Shown here: positions 52,609 to 62,023 of the stretch, in pieces
How the letters are laid out: the number at the start of each line of letters is the position of its first letter
How positions within the stretch are numbered: position 1 is the first letter of the stretch
Source of the DNA: an uncultured candidatus Porisulfidus sp.
GTDB taxonomy: Bacteria > Pseudomonadota > Gammaproteobacteria > Poriferisulfidales > Poriferisulfidaceae
Assembly (NCBI GenBank): GCA_965199755.1
Contig: CBDASZ010000002.1
Location: forward strand, 320,001 to 384,000
Reading direction: 5' to 3'
Length of the DNA stretch: 64,000 nucleotides
Position numbers and translations under genes: made by a program
Notes under the pieces: model-generated
Databases searched by the model: none
Seen by the model: only the letters and a program-made list of their open reading frames with translations
What the model was told of the DNA's origin: nothing

Positions 52609-53472
52609 TTAGGTTGGAATCAGATTCTGGCGCAATTTCTTCATGGCGGCCGCTTCGATCTGTCGAATGCGTTCCGCCGACACACCAAATTCTTCGGCCA
52701 ATTCCTGCAAGGTACGTTTCGGTTCCACAAACCAGCGTTCCTTGAGAATCATCTGACTGCGTTCATCCAAATCCGCCATGGCCTGGTGCAACTGTTCGCT
52801 GCGTGCTCTTTTTGAGTCTTCCACTTCTGCGATGGGGGCCGGGTCAGCACCGGGCTGCGCCAGATAAGTGGCCGGCGAGCGGGGACCCTCCTCGTCGTTC
52901 GCATTGAGATCCAGTGACATATCCGGCTGGCTAAGTCTTGATTCCATCTCGCGCACTTCACCCGCGGTTACTCCCAAGTCATCCGCAACGGCGCGCACCT
53001 CAGCATCGTCCATCCAGCCCAATCGCTTGCGGGCCTTTCGCAAATTGAAGAACAGTTTGCGCTGCGCCTTGGTGGTGGCCATGCGCACAATGCGCCAGTT
53101 GCGCAGAACATACTCGTGAATTTCAGAACGAATCCAGTGCACCGCAAAGGACACCAGACGCACCCCTAAAGAAGGATCAAAGCGCTTCACGGCCTTCATC
53201 AAACCAATGCTGCCTTCCTGCACCAGATCAGCCAGCGGCAGACCATAACCGGAATAGCCGCGCGCCACGTGAATGACAAAACGGAGATTGCGCAGCACCA
53301 GTTCCCGGGCCGCCTCCACATCATCTTCTTCACGCAATGCTATCGCCAGCGCACGCTCTTCTTCGGCGCTCAATACCGGCAGACTGTAGGCCAAACGCAT
53401 ATAGTGATCCAAACTGCCGGCAGCAATCGGCAGATTCTGTGCGTTTGTCGTGGCGCTTATTGCCATTGTCAT
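52609..53472 (-). CDS. rpoH: RNA polymerase sigma factor RpoH (sigma32)
   Basis: GYGLP.ADLVQEG.IGLMKAVKRFDP, RpoH box QRKLFFNLR, region 4 TLQELA..FGVSAERIRQIE. Confidence 0.97.
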   Translation of the reverse strand: MTMAISATTNAQNLPIAAGSLDHYMRLAYSLPVLSAEEERALAIALREEDDVEAARELVLRNLRFVIHVARGYSGYGLPLADLVQEGSIGLMKAVKRFDPSLGVRLVSFAVHWIRSEIHEYVLRNWRIVRMATTKAQRKLFFNLRKARKRLGWMDDAEVRAVADDLGVTAGEVREMESRLSQPDMSLDLNANDEEGPRSPATYLAQPGADPAPIAEVEDSKRARSEQLHQAMADLDERSQMILKERWFVEPKRTLQELAEEFGVSAERIRQIEAAAMKKLRQNLIPT

Positions 53473-53621
53473 AGTCTCAATATGGTACCTCTTGTGCCAA
53501 AAATCAAGGGGTGAGCCTGTTTTCGACGCTTCTATTTTAATATTCCTGATAAATTTAGTCAAGTATCTCGTCTTTCTCGCTATTTCGCACTGAACAGTAA
53601 AGCCCCTTACAATAATCCAAT

Positions 53622-54120
53622 ATGGGAAAAGATGAGCTAAAGGAGCGAGGGATTTGGCAGGATGCTGGTGGCGCGAAGGCCGCCAGCGCCTAACGTTCTT
53701 TCCTAGAAGTATTTGAAAGTGCTTTTGACAGCACTTCATTCGAGATTGTGTCCAAGCCTAAAGAATTTCGACAGATTTATGTTGATGTGCCTCTTTCTGG
53801 TGAAACACTTTCAGAAATTTTCACTCCAGATGAACCCATCAAGACGCATGGCATAGCACCTGACTACAAAATTACAAATTCTGAAACAGGAAAAACTCTT
53901 TACGTCGAAGTCAAAAGACAAGACGGTTGGGTTGAGGGGAAGTCAAGACGTGCTGGGAGAGGAAACGCTCACGAAAGATGTTGTAAATATTTCACTCCTG
54001 GGTTGTTAAAAATCCTGCGAGAGACCAGTGGGATAAAAGAACCCGCCTTGCCTTTTTGGGCCGTCTTTCAGGGCGATATCACGCGAGACCCATGCCGGGC
54101 CAGAGAGATTACTTGCTGGT
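53622..54120 (+). pseudogene. MunI-like type II restriction endonuclease with a nonsense codon and C-terminal truncation
   Basis: MGKDEL..R..WQ...G.KA..A*(TAA 53691-53693) in frame with PDY.I.N.ET.K.L..EVKRQDGWVEGK...AGRGNAHER.CK.FTPGLLK...LPFW.VF.GDITRDP.R.REIT.W; then runs into the antisense of the MTase. Confidence 0.85.
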
Positions 54121-54811
54121 TGATATATTCTTGCGATAGTGCTTGGGATTCGAATGCTTCCAAGCCCCAAGAGCGCCACCCATCCCTTCTGGCTCTCGCA
54201 AACAGTTCGATCTTGCTCTGTGTCGGGAACATCTTTTCGATATTTTGCACCACTTCATCGGGTTTTTCGCTATGCCCCTTTCTGGGGATGTTTAGAAGTT
54301 GCTTGATATTTCTGGCACCTCTGGGTTTTGGGATTCTGCCTCTTTTGAAGAGCAGACACATTTCACAATACGAAAGTGTGTACTGACCGGGGTTATGCAC
54401 CATCTTGTTCCACACAAACGCTACCGTCTTGTATTCAAACCCCCAAGCCGTTCCCAGTTCGATGGCCTGCTGTAAGTGAGGATTGGTCGTCCACATGAAT
54501 AAAAGGCTGTCATCTGCTGCTATTGATTGAACTGGCAAGGTTTTTAGTTCAGATGTTTTGACTGTTGGATATTTGAACGTCGCCGCACTGACAAAAACAT
54601 CCTTCTTCCATCCCTTGTTCTTCTCAATAGTCGCCGTCTTGTCATACTGCAACTTCCCGTTGTAATGCCACGGCGGATCGGCATAAAGAATTGAAAATTT
54701 GGCGTCAGGGAGAGGCGGATAGAATTTTTCCAATGTATTTATTTTGGTTTTTCTTTTAGCCTTCGCATTGTAAATTGCATAGCCTGACCGCGCTCCATTT
54801 GTGATTTCCAT
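54068..54811 (-). CDS. MT-A70-family adenine methyltransferase (M.MunI-like)
   Basis: ILYADPPW, LFMWTT.PHL..A..L..AWGFEYKTVAFVW.K, HSEKP, KIELFAR, GW..WG.E; convergent with the MunI-like R gene. Confidence 0.92.
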   Translation of the reverse strand: MEITNGARSGYAIYNAKAKRKTKINTLEKFYPPLPDAKFSILYADPPWHYNGKLQYDKTATIEKNKGWKKDVFVSAATFKYPTVKTSELKTLPVQSIAADDSLLFMWTTNPHLQQAIELGTAWGFEYKTVAFVWNKMVHNPGQYTLSYCEMCLLFKRGRIPKPRGARNIKQLLNIPRKGHSEKPDEVVQNIEKMFPTQSKIELFARARRDGWRSWGLEAFESQALSQEYINQQVISLARHGSRVISP

Positions 54812-55055
54812 AATAATTCCCGATGCCAGTAATCCCTTATGAATAATAGCTTTGTCCGTCAATTTAACGAAATGGGCTAGCCCGCCGCCCTGACTGTCCC
54901 ATAAGTATACAACGCACGCACGGCAAGCAAGGCAGAAACTCGGAAACACATCAGGTTCGTATAATCACCGCATCACAGAAAAGACCATCGTGCACAGTCC
55001 GCGATAATGCGCCTGTCCTTCGTAATACCCTTCCAATGCACCACCTAAACCAGCC

Positions 55056-58000
55056 ATGACCGAACCCACTGAATCGCAAGCCTCCCAGCAGTTACGCGGG
55101 CTGCTCGCCGGGGTTCAGAAGAAACTGGTCGAGACCTCCACGCGCAATCGCCTCATCAACGTCAATCGGCAAAACCAGCGCGGGCCAGCGCTCAACATCA
55201 TCCACGAGAAGTCTGACGAAATCTTCAATATCCTCAAGAACGAGGGCCGAAAGATGCGCTTCAAGCCGATGGGCGATGACCAGCCGGCCAAAGAAGAAGA
55301 CTCTCTCGACCTGTCCGAATCCGAAGATACAGTTGACACGGGACGTTACACCGATCAGTATCTGGAGACACCCTTGGGGCCGAGCGCCATGCAAAAGCGT
55401 CTGTTGCGTCTGGAGCGCGAGGCGCGCATCTCAGAGCAAGAACAGGGCGCGAACTTTCTGTTTCTCGCGCTGGGATTTCTGAAGTGGACTGAAGGTGCCG
55501 CGTCGCGCATGCAGCGCTGGGCACCGCTACTCCTGCTGCCGGTGGAACTGAAGCGCGCCCAAAAAGGCTCGACCTTCACCCTGCGTTATCGCGATGATGA
55601 CTTCAGTGAAAACCTGGCGCTGCAAAAACGTCTGGAGACTGATTTTCAGATCCTGCTGCCCGCATTCCCCAGCACCCCAGACTGGACCCCTTCGGATTAT
55701 TTCGAGGAAGTCGAGACCGCCATCAGCAAGCAACCCGAATGGGAACTCGATCCCGACGGCATGCAACTGGGATTTTTCTCCTTCACCAAGCAACTCATCA
55801 TGCGCGATCTGGACCTGACCCAATGGGAGGGTTCGGGTCTGGAGAATCATCCCCTGTTTGCGAATCTGCTGCAGCGCGGCTTCGCCGCTTCACAACCCGG
55901 CATCCCTGCGGACAAGCCCCTTGACGAATTACTTGATCCCGGCGAGATCATTCAGGTAACCGACGCCGACGCCTCGCAAACCAAAGTCATTGAAGAAGTA
56001 CGCAGGGGCGGCAATCTGGTCGTGCAAGGCCCGCCGGGCACCGGCAAGTCACAAACCATCACCAACATCATCGCCTCCGCGCTCTACGACGGCAAGACGG
56101 TGCTGTTCATGGCCGAGAAAATGGCCGCCCTCGCGGTTGTGCATCGCAAACTCAAAAACGCGGGTCTGGAAGATGCCTGTCTGGAATTGCATTCACACAA
56201 GGCGCGCAAGAGCCTGTGGGCGAAAGAACTCAAGCGAACCCTCAACAGTACGCGAAGCCGGCGACAAAACACACCCGACGGCACCCCTGCGGATCCCCCG
56301 CATCAACATCTGGCCGCGCAATTGAAACGGTCGCGCGATGAACTCAATCAGATTTGCTCGACACTGCACACGCCATTGTCAGCGGATCACTTCACTCCCT
56401 TTGAGGTCCTGACCGAACTCGTCACATTTCACGGCCAACCCTTGATCGGACAACTGGCTGACGCGCGCGACACGCTGGCGAATCTTTCCCGACAGCAGCA
56501 CATCGCGATCATTCAAGATATTCGCACACTTTTTGAAATACTGACCCGCAGCGGCCCGGCACTTGAGCATCCGTTCTATGGCGTCTGCAACACCGCGCTG
56601 CAGCCCTACGACTATGCCTCCGTGCAGGCAGAACTCTCCGCCGCTCACACGCAGATCGAAACCCTCATGCAACACTGCCCGGACTTCCAGACGATGGAAG
56701 CATTCGCTTGCGCCGCCCAACTGGCAGACGCACCTGCCCACATCACTGAACTGCTTCCCATCATTCACCCGCACGCGAATCAGCCCAAGCTTGAGCAGGC
56801 GATTGACGCTGGCTGCCTGTGGCAGGAAATTCAGGAGAACGCTGCGGCGAAATTTACGGACACCGCTTTAGACAGTGACGCTGGCGCGCTTGAAGGCATT
56901 CTCGCCGCGGGGGCCACCGGAGGAATGTCGGCGCTGATGACACGCCTCGGCGGCAACTACCGCGCCAGTACACGAAGCCTGCAAGGTTACTGCCGCCAGC
57001 CGCTGCCCAAAAAACCACAACAACGCCTAAGCCTGTTGCGCGAATTGCTGTCAGTGCAACGCAGAAGAAAAGAGGCTTTGGAGGCCAATGCGAATACGCC
57101 CTGGAGCGGTGCGCAAGCAAACTTCCTGCACATCAAGGAAGCCTGGGGTTGGTACGGCCAATTCTCCGAACGCGGCTTGGTGTCCGCCATACTTCAGTAT
57201 CTGCAGAACACCGATGCTGCCGCGCGCGAAGCGCTCAGCACACAACAGCAACAGACCCAGAGCGCGCTGAACGAGGTCGTGCAACGTCTGGAGGTGGACG
57301 CGGACATGATGTCGAGCGAGCGCATGGAACTGACACAGTTGCTCACACGCCTTGAAGCCATGGAGCGGCAGATTGAGCGCTACAGCGAATGGGTTGAACT
57401 GCTTCGCCTACGCCAGCGCCTCGGCGGCGAACATGGTCTGCAATCGCTACTCGACGCGATCGACGAAGGCGCATTAAATGCCGACAGCGCTGTGGATGCA
57501 TTTCGTTATGCGTGTGCGCAAGGCTATTGGCAGCGCGTCTGTACGCGCATCCCGGAGTTGAAGGATCCGCGCTACCGCCAGCGGCATGATCTGACCGAAA
57601 CCTACCGCACGCTGGAGCAGGAATACACGCAACACGTACGCGACATGATCTATCAAACCTATCTTGAGCGAGTGCCGCAAGGCAGCGTTGGACCGATGGG
57701 TATTTTGAGCAGTGAGGCGAGCAAATCCAGATCACACAAACCGATTCGCGGCGTCATTGAAAATACCGCCGAAGTACTGCAGAAAATCAAGCCCATCTTT
57801 CTGATGAGTCCCAGTTCGATCGCCAAGTTTCTGGTGCCGGACAAGGTTGAATTTGACTTGCTGATTATTGATGAGGCCAGTCAGGTACGCCCAGAAGACG
57901 CGCTCGGCGCGGTCGCGAGAGCCAAACAGATCGTGGTCGTCGGCGACCAGAAGCAGTTGCCACCGACTTCTTTTTTCGACCGCATGAGCGACCCCGAAGA

Positions 58001-59753
58001 TGCCGGGGACGAAGAGGAGTATACCGCGGCGCATGCCGGAGAAATGGAGAGCATCCTCAGTCTGTGCGAGGCGCGTGGATTACCCGATCGGATGCTGGAG
58101 TGGCATTACCGCTCCAAGGATCCGTCCCTGATTCAGGTCTCGAACAAGCAGTTCTACGACTCCCGACTGATTCTGCCGGCCTCCCCGCTGCAGCTCGATG
58201 ACTACTACGGCCTGACCTTCACTCGCGTGCCCGGCGTCTACTCTCGCGGCAAGAAGCGCACCAACCGCATTGAGGCGGAAACGGTGGTTGCCGCGACCGC
58301 CCGCCATGCCCGGGAGACCTCGGACTTCTCGCTCGGCATCGTCACCTTCTCCGCCGTACAAAGCACCCTGATTGCCGAACTGCTGGAATATGCGCGCCGC
58401 ACGGATGCCATTTTGGATACCTTCATCCGCGAGAGCGAGGCCGGTGAGGAAGTCTTCATCAAAAGTATTGAGAATGTTCAGGGTGACGAACGTGACGTCA
58501 TTATGATCAGCGTCGGCTACGGCCCGGACACGCCTGACGGCCCGTTGGCAAGCATGAACTTCGGGCCGATCAATCAGGAAGGCGGTGAGCGCCGCCTCAA
58601 TGTGCTGTTTACGCGCTCGCGCCTGCGCTGTGAAATCTTCGCCTCATTCGGCCCGGAGAATATGGACACCGCTCGCCTCACCAAGGCCGGTCCGCGCATC
58701 CTCAAGCGATTCCTTGAGTTTGCCAGCAGCGGCCAACTGCAGGAAATGCACCCGACCGGTCAGGGCTTCGACAGCCCGTTCGAGGAAGACGTCGCGGCGG
58801 AAGTACAGTTGTGCGGCTTTCATGCGGACGCGCAAGTCGGCACCAGCGGCTTTCGCATCGACATCGGGGTGCGCCCCAAAGACAAGCCCGGACAGTACAT
58901 TCTGGCGGTGGAGTGCGACGGCGCGACCTATCACAGTTCGGCGTGGGCGCGCGAGCGCGACCACTTGCGTCAGCAAGTGCTGGAAGGCATGGGCTGGAAG
59001 TTCCTCCGCATCTGGAGCACCGACTGGTTTCAGAACCGCAAGGGCGAACTGGATCGGCTGGCCGAAGCGCTGCGACAGGCTGATCGCGAGGCCCGCGAAG
59101 GAATTCGCGTAGCCGGCGCGAATGCGGATTGCCATGAAGACGTAGAAATCGAGGAGGAGCCTCCCGCCGCCAAACCGATCGAAGAAGAGCACAAACCGAT
59201 CGCGCGAGGCGGATTCCAGGCACCACCCTATCAACAGACCCCGCTGCCGCTACGGGATTTTCCGATACTGGAGGATCTGTACGACTATACCGCGGAGGAT
59301 CTGCATCCCGCGATGCGCCAGATCATCGAACAGGAAGGCCCGGTGCATCCGCATGAAATCATGCGCCGGGTGCTGGACGCTTGCGGGCGCACCTCCCTGA
59401 CCCAAAAAGTGCGCAACTTCCTGCAGACCGCCTTGCAGACTCTGGTGCGAAATGTCGCCGACATTGAGGTCGACGCCGATGGCTTTTACAGCACTGGCGC
59501 ACAACGCGCGCAGCCGCTGATTCGGGATCGCAGCGAAGCCTCGAACACCACGCGCGACAGTGAGATGCTGCCACCAGTTGAAATTCGCGCCGCCGCCAAA
59601 CGGCTCTATGAGGAAAATGGGCGCATGAATATGGATGAGACCATCCGCGAAGTCGCGCGCGCCCTCGGCTATCGCAGCACCTCCGCAGCACTGGCGGAGA
59701 CCATCAAAGACGCCCTGCAACACCATGACGGATCCGCGCCGCGAACAACTTGA
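55056..59753 (+). CDS. DUF4011 - SF1 helicase - Vsr/MTES_1575-like nuclease - DUF3320 protein (Hhe-like anti-phage candidate)
   Basis: KKL...TRNRLIN, EQG.N.LFLALGFL.W, QGPPGTGKSQTI, DEASQ, GDQKQLPP, HYRS, ENVQGDERD, RRLNV..TR, SPFEE.V, ECDGATYH...AR.RD..RQ.VLE..GW...RIWSTDW. Confidence 0.88.
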   Translation: MTEPTESQASQQLRGLLAGVQKKLVETSTRNRLINVNRQNQRGPALNIIHEKSDEIFNILKNEGRKMRFKPMGDDQPAKEEDSLDLSESEDTVDTGRYTDQYLETPLGPSAMQKRLLRLEREARISEQEQGANFLFLALGFLKWTEGAASRMQRWAPLLLLPVELKRAQKGSTFTLRYRDDDFSENLALQKRLETDFQILLPAFPSTPDWTPSDYFEEVETAISKQPEWELDPDGMQLGFFSFTKQLIMRDLDLTQWEGSGLENHPLFANLLQRGFAASQPGIPADKPLDELLDPGEIIQVTDADASQTKVIEEVRRGGNLVVQGPPGTGKSQTITNIIASALYDGKTVLFMAEKMAALAVVHRKLKNAGLEDACLELHSHKARKSLWAKELKRTLNSTRSRRQNTPDGTPADPPHQHLAAQLKRSRDELNQICSTLHTPLSADHFTPFEVLTELVTFHGQPLIGQLADARDTLANLSRQQHIAIIQDIRTLFEILTRSGPALEHPFYGVCNTALQPYDYASVQAELSAAHTQIETLMQHCPDFQTMEAFACAAQLADAPAHITELLPIIHPHANQPKLEQAIDAGCLWQEIQENAAAKFTDTALDSDAGALEGILAAGATGGMSALMTRLGGNYRASTRSLQGYCRQPLPKKPQQRLSLLRELLSVQRRRKEALEANANTPWSGAQANFLHIKEAWGWYGQFSERGLVSAILQYLQNTDAAAREALSTQQQQTQSALNEVVQRLEVDADMMSSERMELTQLLTRLEAMERQIERYSEWVELLRLRQRLGGEHGLQSLLDAIDEGALNADSAVDAFRYACAQGYWQRVCTRIPELKDPRYRQRHDLTETYRTLEQEYTQHVRDMIYQTYLERVPQGSVGPMGILSSEASKSRSHKPIRGVIENTAEVLQKIKPIFLMSPSSIAKFLVPDKVEFDLLIIDEASQVRPEDALGAVARAKQIVVVGDQKQLPPTSFFDRMSDPEDAGDEEEYTAAHAGEMESILSLCEARGLPDRMLEWHYRSKDPSLIQVSNKQFYDSRLILPASPLQLDDYYGLTFTRVPGVYSRGKKRTNRIEAETVVAATARHARETSDFSLGIVTFSAVQSTLIAELLEYARRTDAILDTFIRESEAGEEVFIKSIENVQGDERDVIMISVGYGPDTPDGPLASMNFGPINQEGGERRLNVLFTRSRLRCEIFASFGPENMDTARLTKAGPRILKRFLEFASSGQLQEMHPTGQGFDSPFEEDVAAEVQLCGFHADAQVGTSGFRIDIGVRPKDKPGQYILAVECDGATYHSSAWARERDHLRQQVLEGMGWKFLRIWSTDWFQNRKGELDRLAEALRQADREAREGIRVAGANADCHEDVEIEEEPPAAKPIEEEHKPIARGGFQAPPYQQTPLPLRDFPILEDLYDYTAEDLHPAMRQIIEQEGPVHPHEIMRRVLDACGRTSLTQKVRNFLQTALQTLVRNVADIEVDADGFYSTGAQRAQPLIRDRSEASNTTRDSEMLPPVEIRAAAKRLYEENGRMNMDETIREVARALGYRSTSAALAETIKDALQHHDGSAPRTT

Positions 59754-60702
59754 GCGCTGGCTGCGCCAGCACCACGACGCACCGGACTTGCGCGTGGAAC
59801 TGCTCGCGGGGGATGCGAGTTTCCGGCGTTATTTCCGGGCGTGGCAAGGTGGCGAATCTTATGTCGTCATGGACGCGCCGCCGGACAAGGAGCCGCTGGA
59901 GGCTTACTTGCAAGTCACGCAGCTACTGCGCACGGCGGACATTCATGTCCCAGAAGTCTTTATTGAAGACCGCGAACAAGGATTTCTGCTGCTGGAGGAT
60001 TTGGGCGATGAGCAGTATTTGTCGTGTCTCAACAACGACACCGCGGATAATTTGTACGGCGACGCCATCGACACGCTCATCCGCATTCAGACCCTGCCGC
60101 GACAGAACTTGCCGCCTTATGATGAAGCGCTGCTGATGCGGGAACTGGATTTGTTCACCGACTGGTATCTGGCACAGCATCTCAAGCGGCAGCTAAACGC
60201 CTCCGAACATGATCTCACCACGAAGACCTGGCAGGCTTTAATCGCGCGGGCCTGCGAGCAACCGCGCGTCGTGGTGCACCGGGATTATCACTCGCGCAAT
60301 CTGATGGTGGCGCAACCCAACCCCGGCGTAATCGATCATCAGGACGCGGTCTGGGGACCCGTCAGTTACGACCTGGTCTCCCTGCTTCGCGATTGCTACA
60401 TTGCCTGGCCTGAGGCGGATATGCGCCGGTGGCTGCAGCAGTATTATCAGCGCGCTCTGGAGGCTGAAGTTTTGAGTTCAGCGGTAGAGCTCGCACAGTT
60501 CGAGGAGTGGTTTGACTGGATGGGCGTACAGCGTCACCTCAAGGCCATTGGCATTTTCGCCCGACTCAACTACCGCGACGGCAAATCCGCCTATCTTGAG
60601 GACGTGCCGCGCGTACTGGACTACGTGTGGAAAGTCTGTGCGCGCCATGAGGCGCTGCAGCCGTTTGGCGCGTGGGGGCGCAAGCTTGTGGAGTCCGGGT
60701 GA
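59725..60702 (+). CDS. amgK: N-acetylmuramate/N-acetylglucosamine anomeric kinase
   Basis: GDASFRRYFR, MDAPP.KE, LEDLGD, HRDYHSRNLM, ID.QDA, YDLVSLLRDCY, QRHLK..GIFARL..RDGK..Y. Confidence 0.92.
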   Translation: MTDPRREQLERWLRQHHDAPDLRVELLAGDASFRRYFRAWQGGESYVVMDAPPDKEPLEAYLQVTQLLRTADIHVPEVFIEDREQGFLLLEDLGDEQYLSCLNNDTADNLYGDAIDTLIRIQTLPRQNLPPYDEALLMRELDLFTDWYLAQHLKRQLNASEHDLTTKTWQALIARACEQPRVVVHRDYHSRNLMVAQPNPGVIDHQDAVWGPVSYDLVSLLRDCYIAWPEADMRRWLQQYYQRALEAEVLSSAVELAQFEEWFDWMGVQRHLKAIGIFARLNYRDGKSAYLEDVPRVLDYVWKVCARHEALQPFGAWGRKLVESG

Positions 60703-61381
60703 TGAGCCGCGCCATGATTCTGGCAGCTGGCCGCGGTAAGCGGCTGAGACCACTGACCGACCACACCCCCAAACCTCTGGTCGGGATTGCCGGCACGCCT
60801 CTTATCGTCTCGCACATTCAGGCGCTGGCCGCCGCGGACATCGACACCATTGTCATTAACGTGTCCTACCGTGGCGATCAGATTCGCGCCGCTTTAGGCG
60901 ACGGGCAGGACTTCGGCGTACAACTGCACTACTCACAAGAACCCGAACCGCCACTGGAGACTGGCGGCGGCATTCTGCAGGCGCTGCCGCAACTGGGGGA
61001 TGAGCCGTTTTGGGTAGTCAATGCGGATGTCTACACCGACTACGCATTCCAGCCGGCCACGCTGGGGGATGAGGATCTCGCGCATCTGGTATTGATCGAC
61101 AATCCCGCGCACCATACTGATGGTGATTTTCATCTGCGTGATACCCGCGTCACAGCGGATGACGGCACGCGGTTGACGTTTTCGGGCATCGGCGTCTATC
61201 GCCCGCAATTATTCGAGGAATGCACCCCCGGAGCATTCCCGCTGGCACCTCTGTTACGTATGCGGTGGTTACACAAGGTCGTGTCAGCGGAGAGCACTTT
61301 TCAGGCTGCTGGATGGATACGGGTACCTTGGAGCGCCTCGAACAGGCCAACGCGCACGCTACACAGCATCGTGCTAACTAA
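60702..61381 (+). CDS. murU: MurNAc-alpha-1-phosphate uridylyltransferase, apparent 1-nt frameshift near 61260
   Basis: AMILAAGRG.RLRPLT..TPKPL, LETGGG, LTFSGIG; conserved end GRVSGEHFSGCWMDTGTLERL lies in another frame ending TAA 61379-61381. Confidence 0.88.
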
Positions 61382-61408
61382 TCAAACCTGAACGAGAGAG
61401 TTCGGCCT

Positions 61409-61912
61409 TCAATCTGCAGGCGCGCCCATGCGCCGCAGAGCATGCAGTACGGCCTGCCGACGCACCGCAGTACGATCACCGGTGAAATCCTGCTGCTCGC
61501 TGTGTGTGGCGTCGCGCGAAGCAAACGCAAAGCACACCCGGCCCACCAGAGTCTGCGCGGTGCCGCCCTCCGGCCCCGCCACCCCACTAATGGCGCACGC
61601 CATATCCGCGCAACACCGCTCCAGCGCCCCGCGCGCCATCGCTTCCACCACCTCACACGACACCGCACCATGGCGCTGAATGAGTTCAGTGTCTACGCCA
61701 AGCAAAGCCGTCTTCGATGGATTGCTGTACGCCACCCAGCCGCACTCGAACCAGTGCGAACTGCCCGACAGTTCGGTGCAGCAGCGCGCCAGCCATCCGC
61801 CGGTGCACGATTCGGCTACCGCTACCCGCCGACCCTGCGCCACGCAATGCTCGCCCAGCGCCGTTACGGCCTGGATTAATTCAGTGTCGCCTTCAAGTTC
61901 TTTGCCCAGCAT
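61409..61912 (-). CDS. pncC: Nicotinamide-nucleotide amidohydrolase (CinA C-terminal family)
   Basis: VAESCTGG, GSS.WF, YSN..K...LGV, HGAVS, SGVAGP.GG. Confidence 0.9.
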   Translation of the reverse strand: MLGKELEGDTELIQAVTALGEHCVAQGRRVAVAESCTGGWLARCCTELSGSSHWFECGWVAYSNPSKTALLGVDTELIQRHGAVSCEVVEAMARGALERCCADMACAISGVAGPEGGTAQTLVGRVCFAFASRDATHSEQQDFTGDRTAVRRQAVLHALRRMGAPAD

Positions 61913-62023
61913 CGCCAGACCATTCAGTATCTCATCGCACTATACTGAAATCAGAAATGCGGCACAAACACACATAATCCATTAAAATAGTTTTTTAACC
62001 TTTGCAGTACATACTAACGCTAT

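Noticed and set aside
53473-53739. N-terminally extended RpoH (376 aa) and similar extensions of rpmA, rplU, obgE, tupA, amgK and the MT-A70 gene
   Set aside because: Longest-ORF artefacts; homology begins at downstream starts and the extensions cross promoters or other genes
54121-54386. Functional antisense overlap between the endonuclease and methyltransferase
   Set aside because: The + frame loses MunI similarity after REITCW; better explained by deletion and read-through
61913-62023. Pho box upstream of phoB
   Set aside because: No CTGTCAT-like 11-bp direct repeats recognisable
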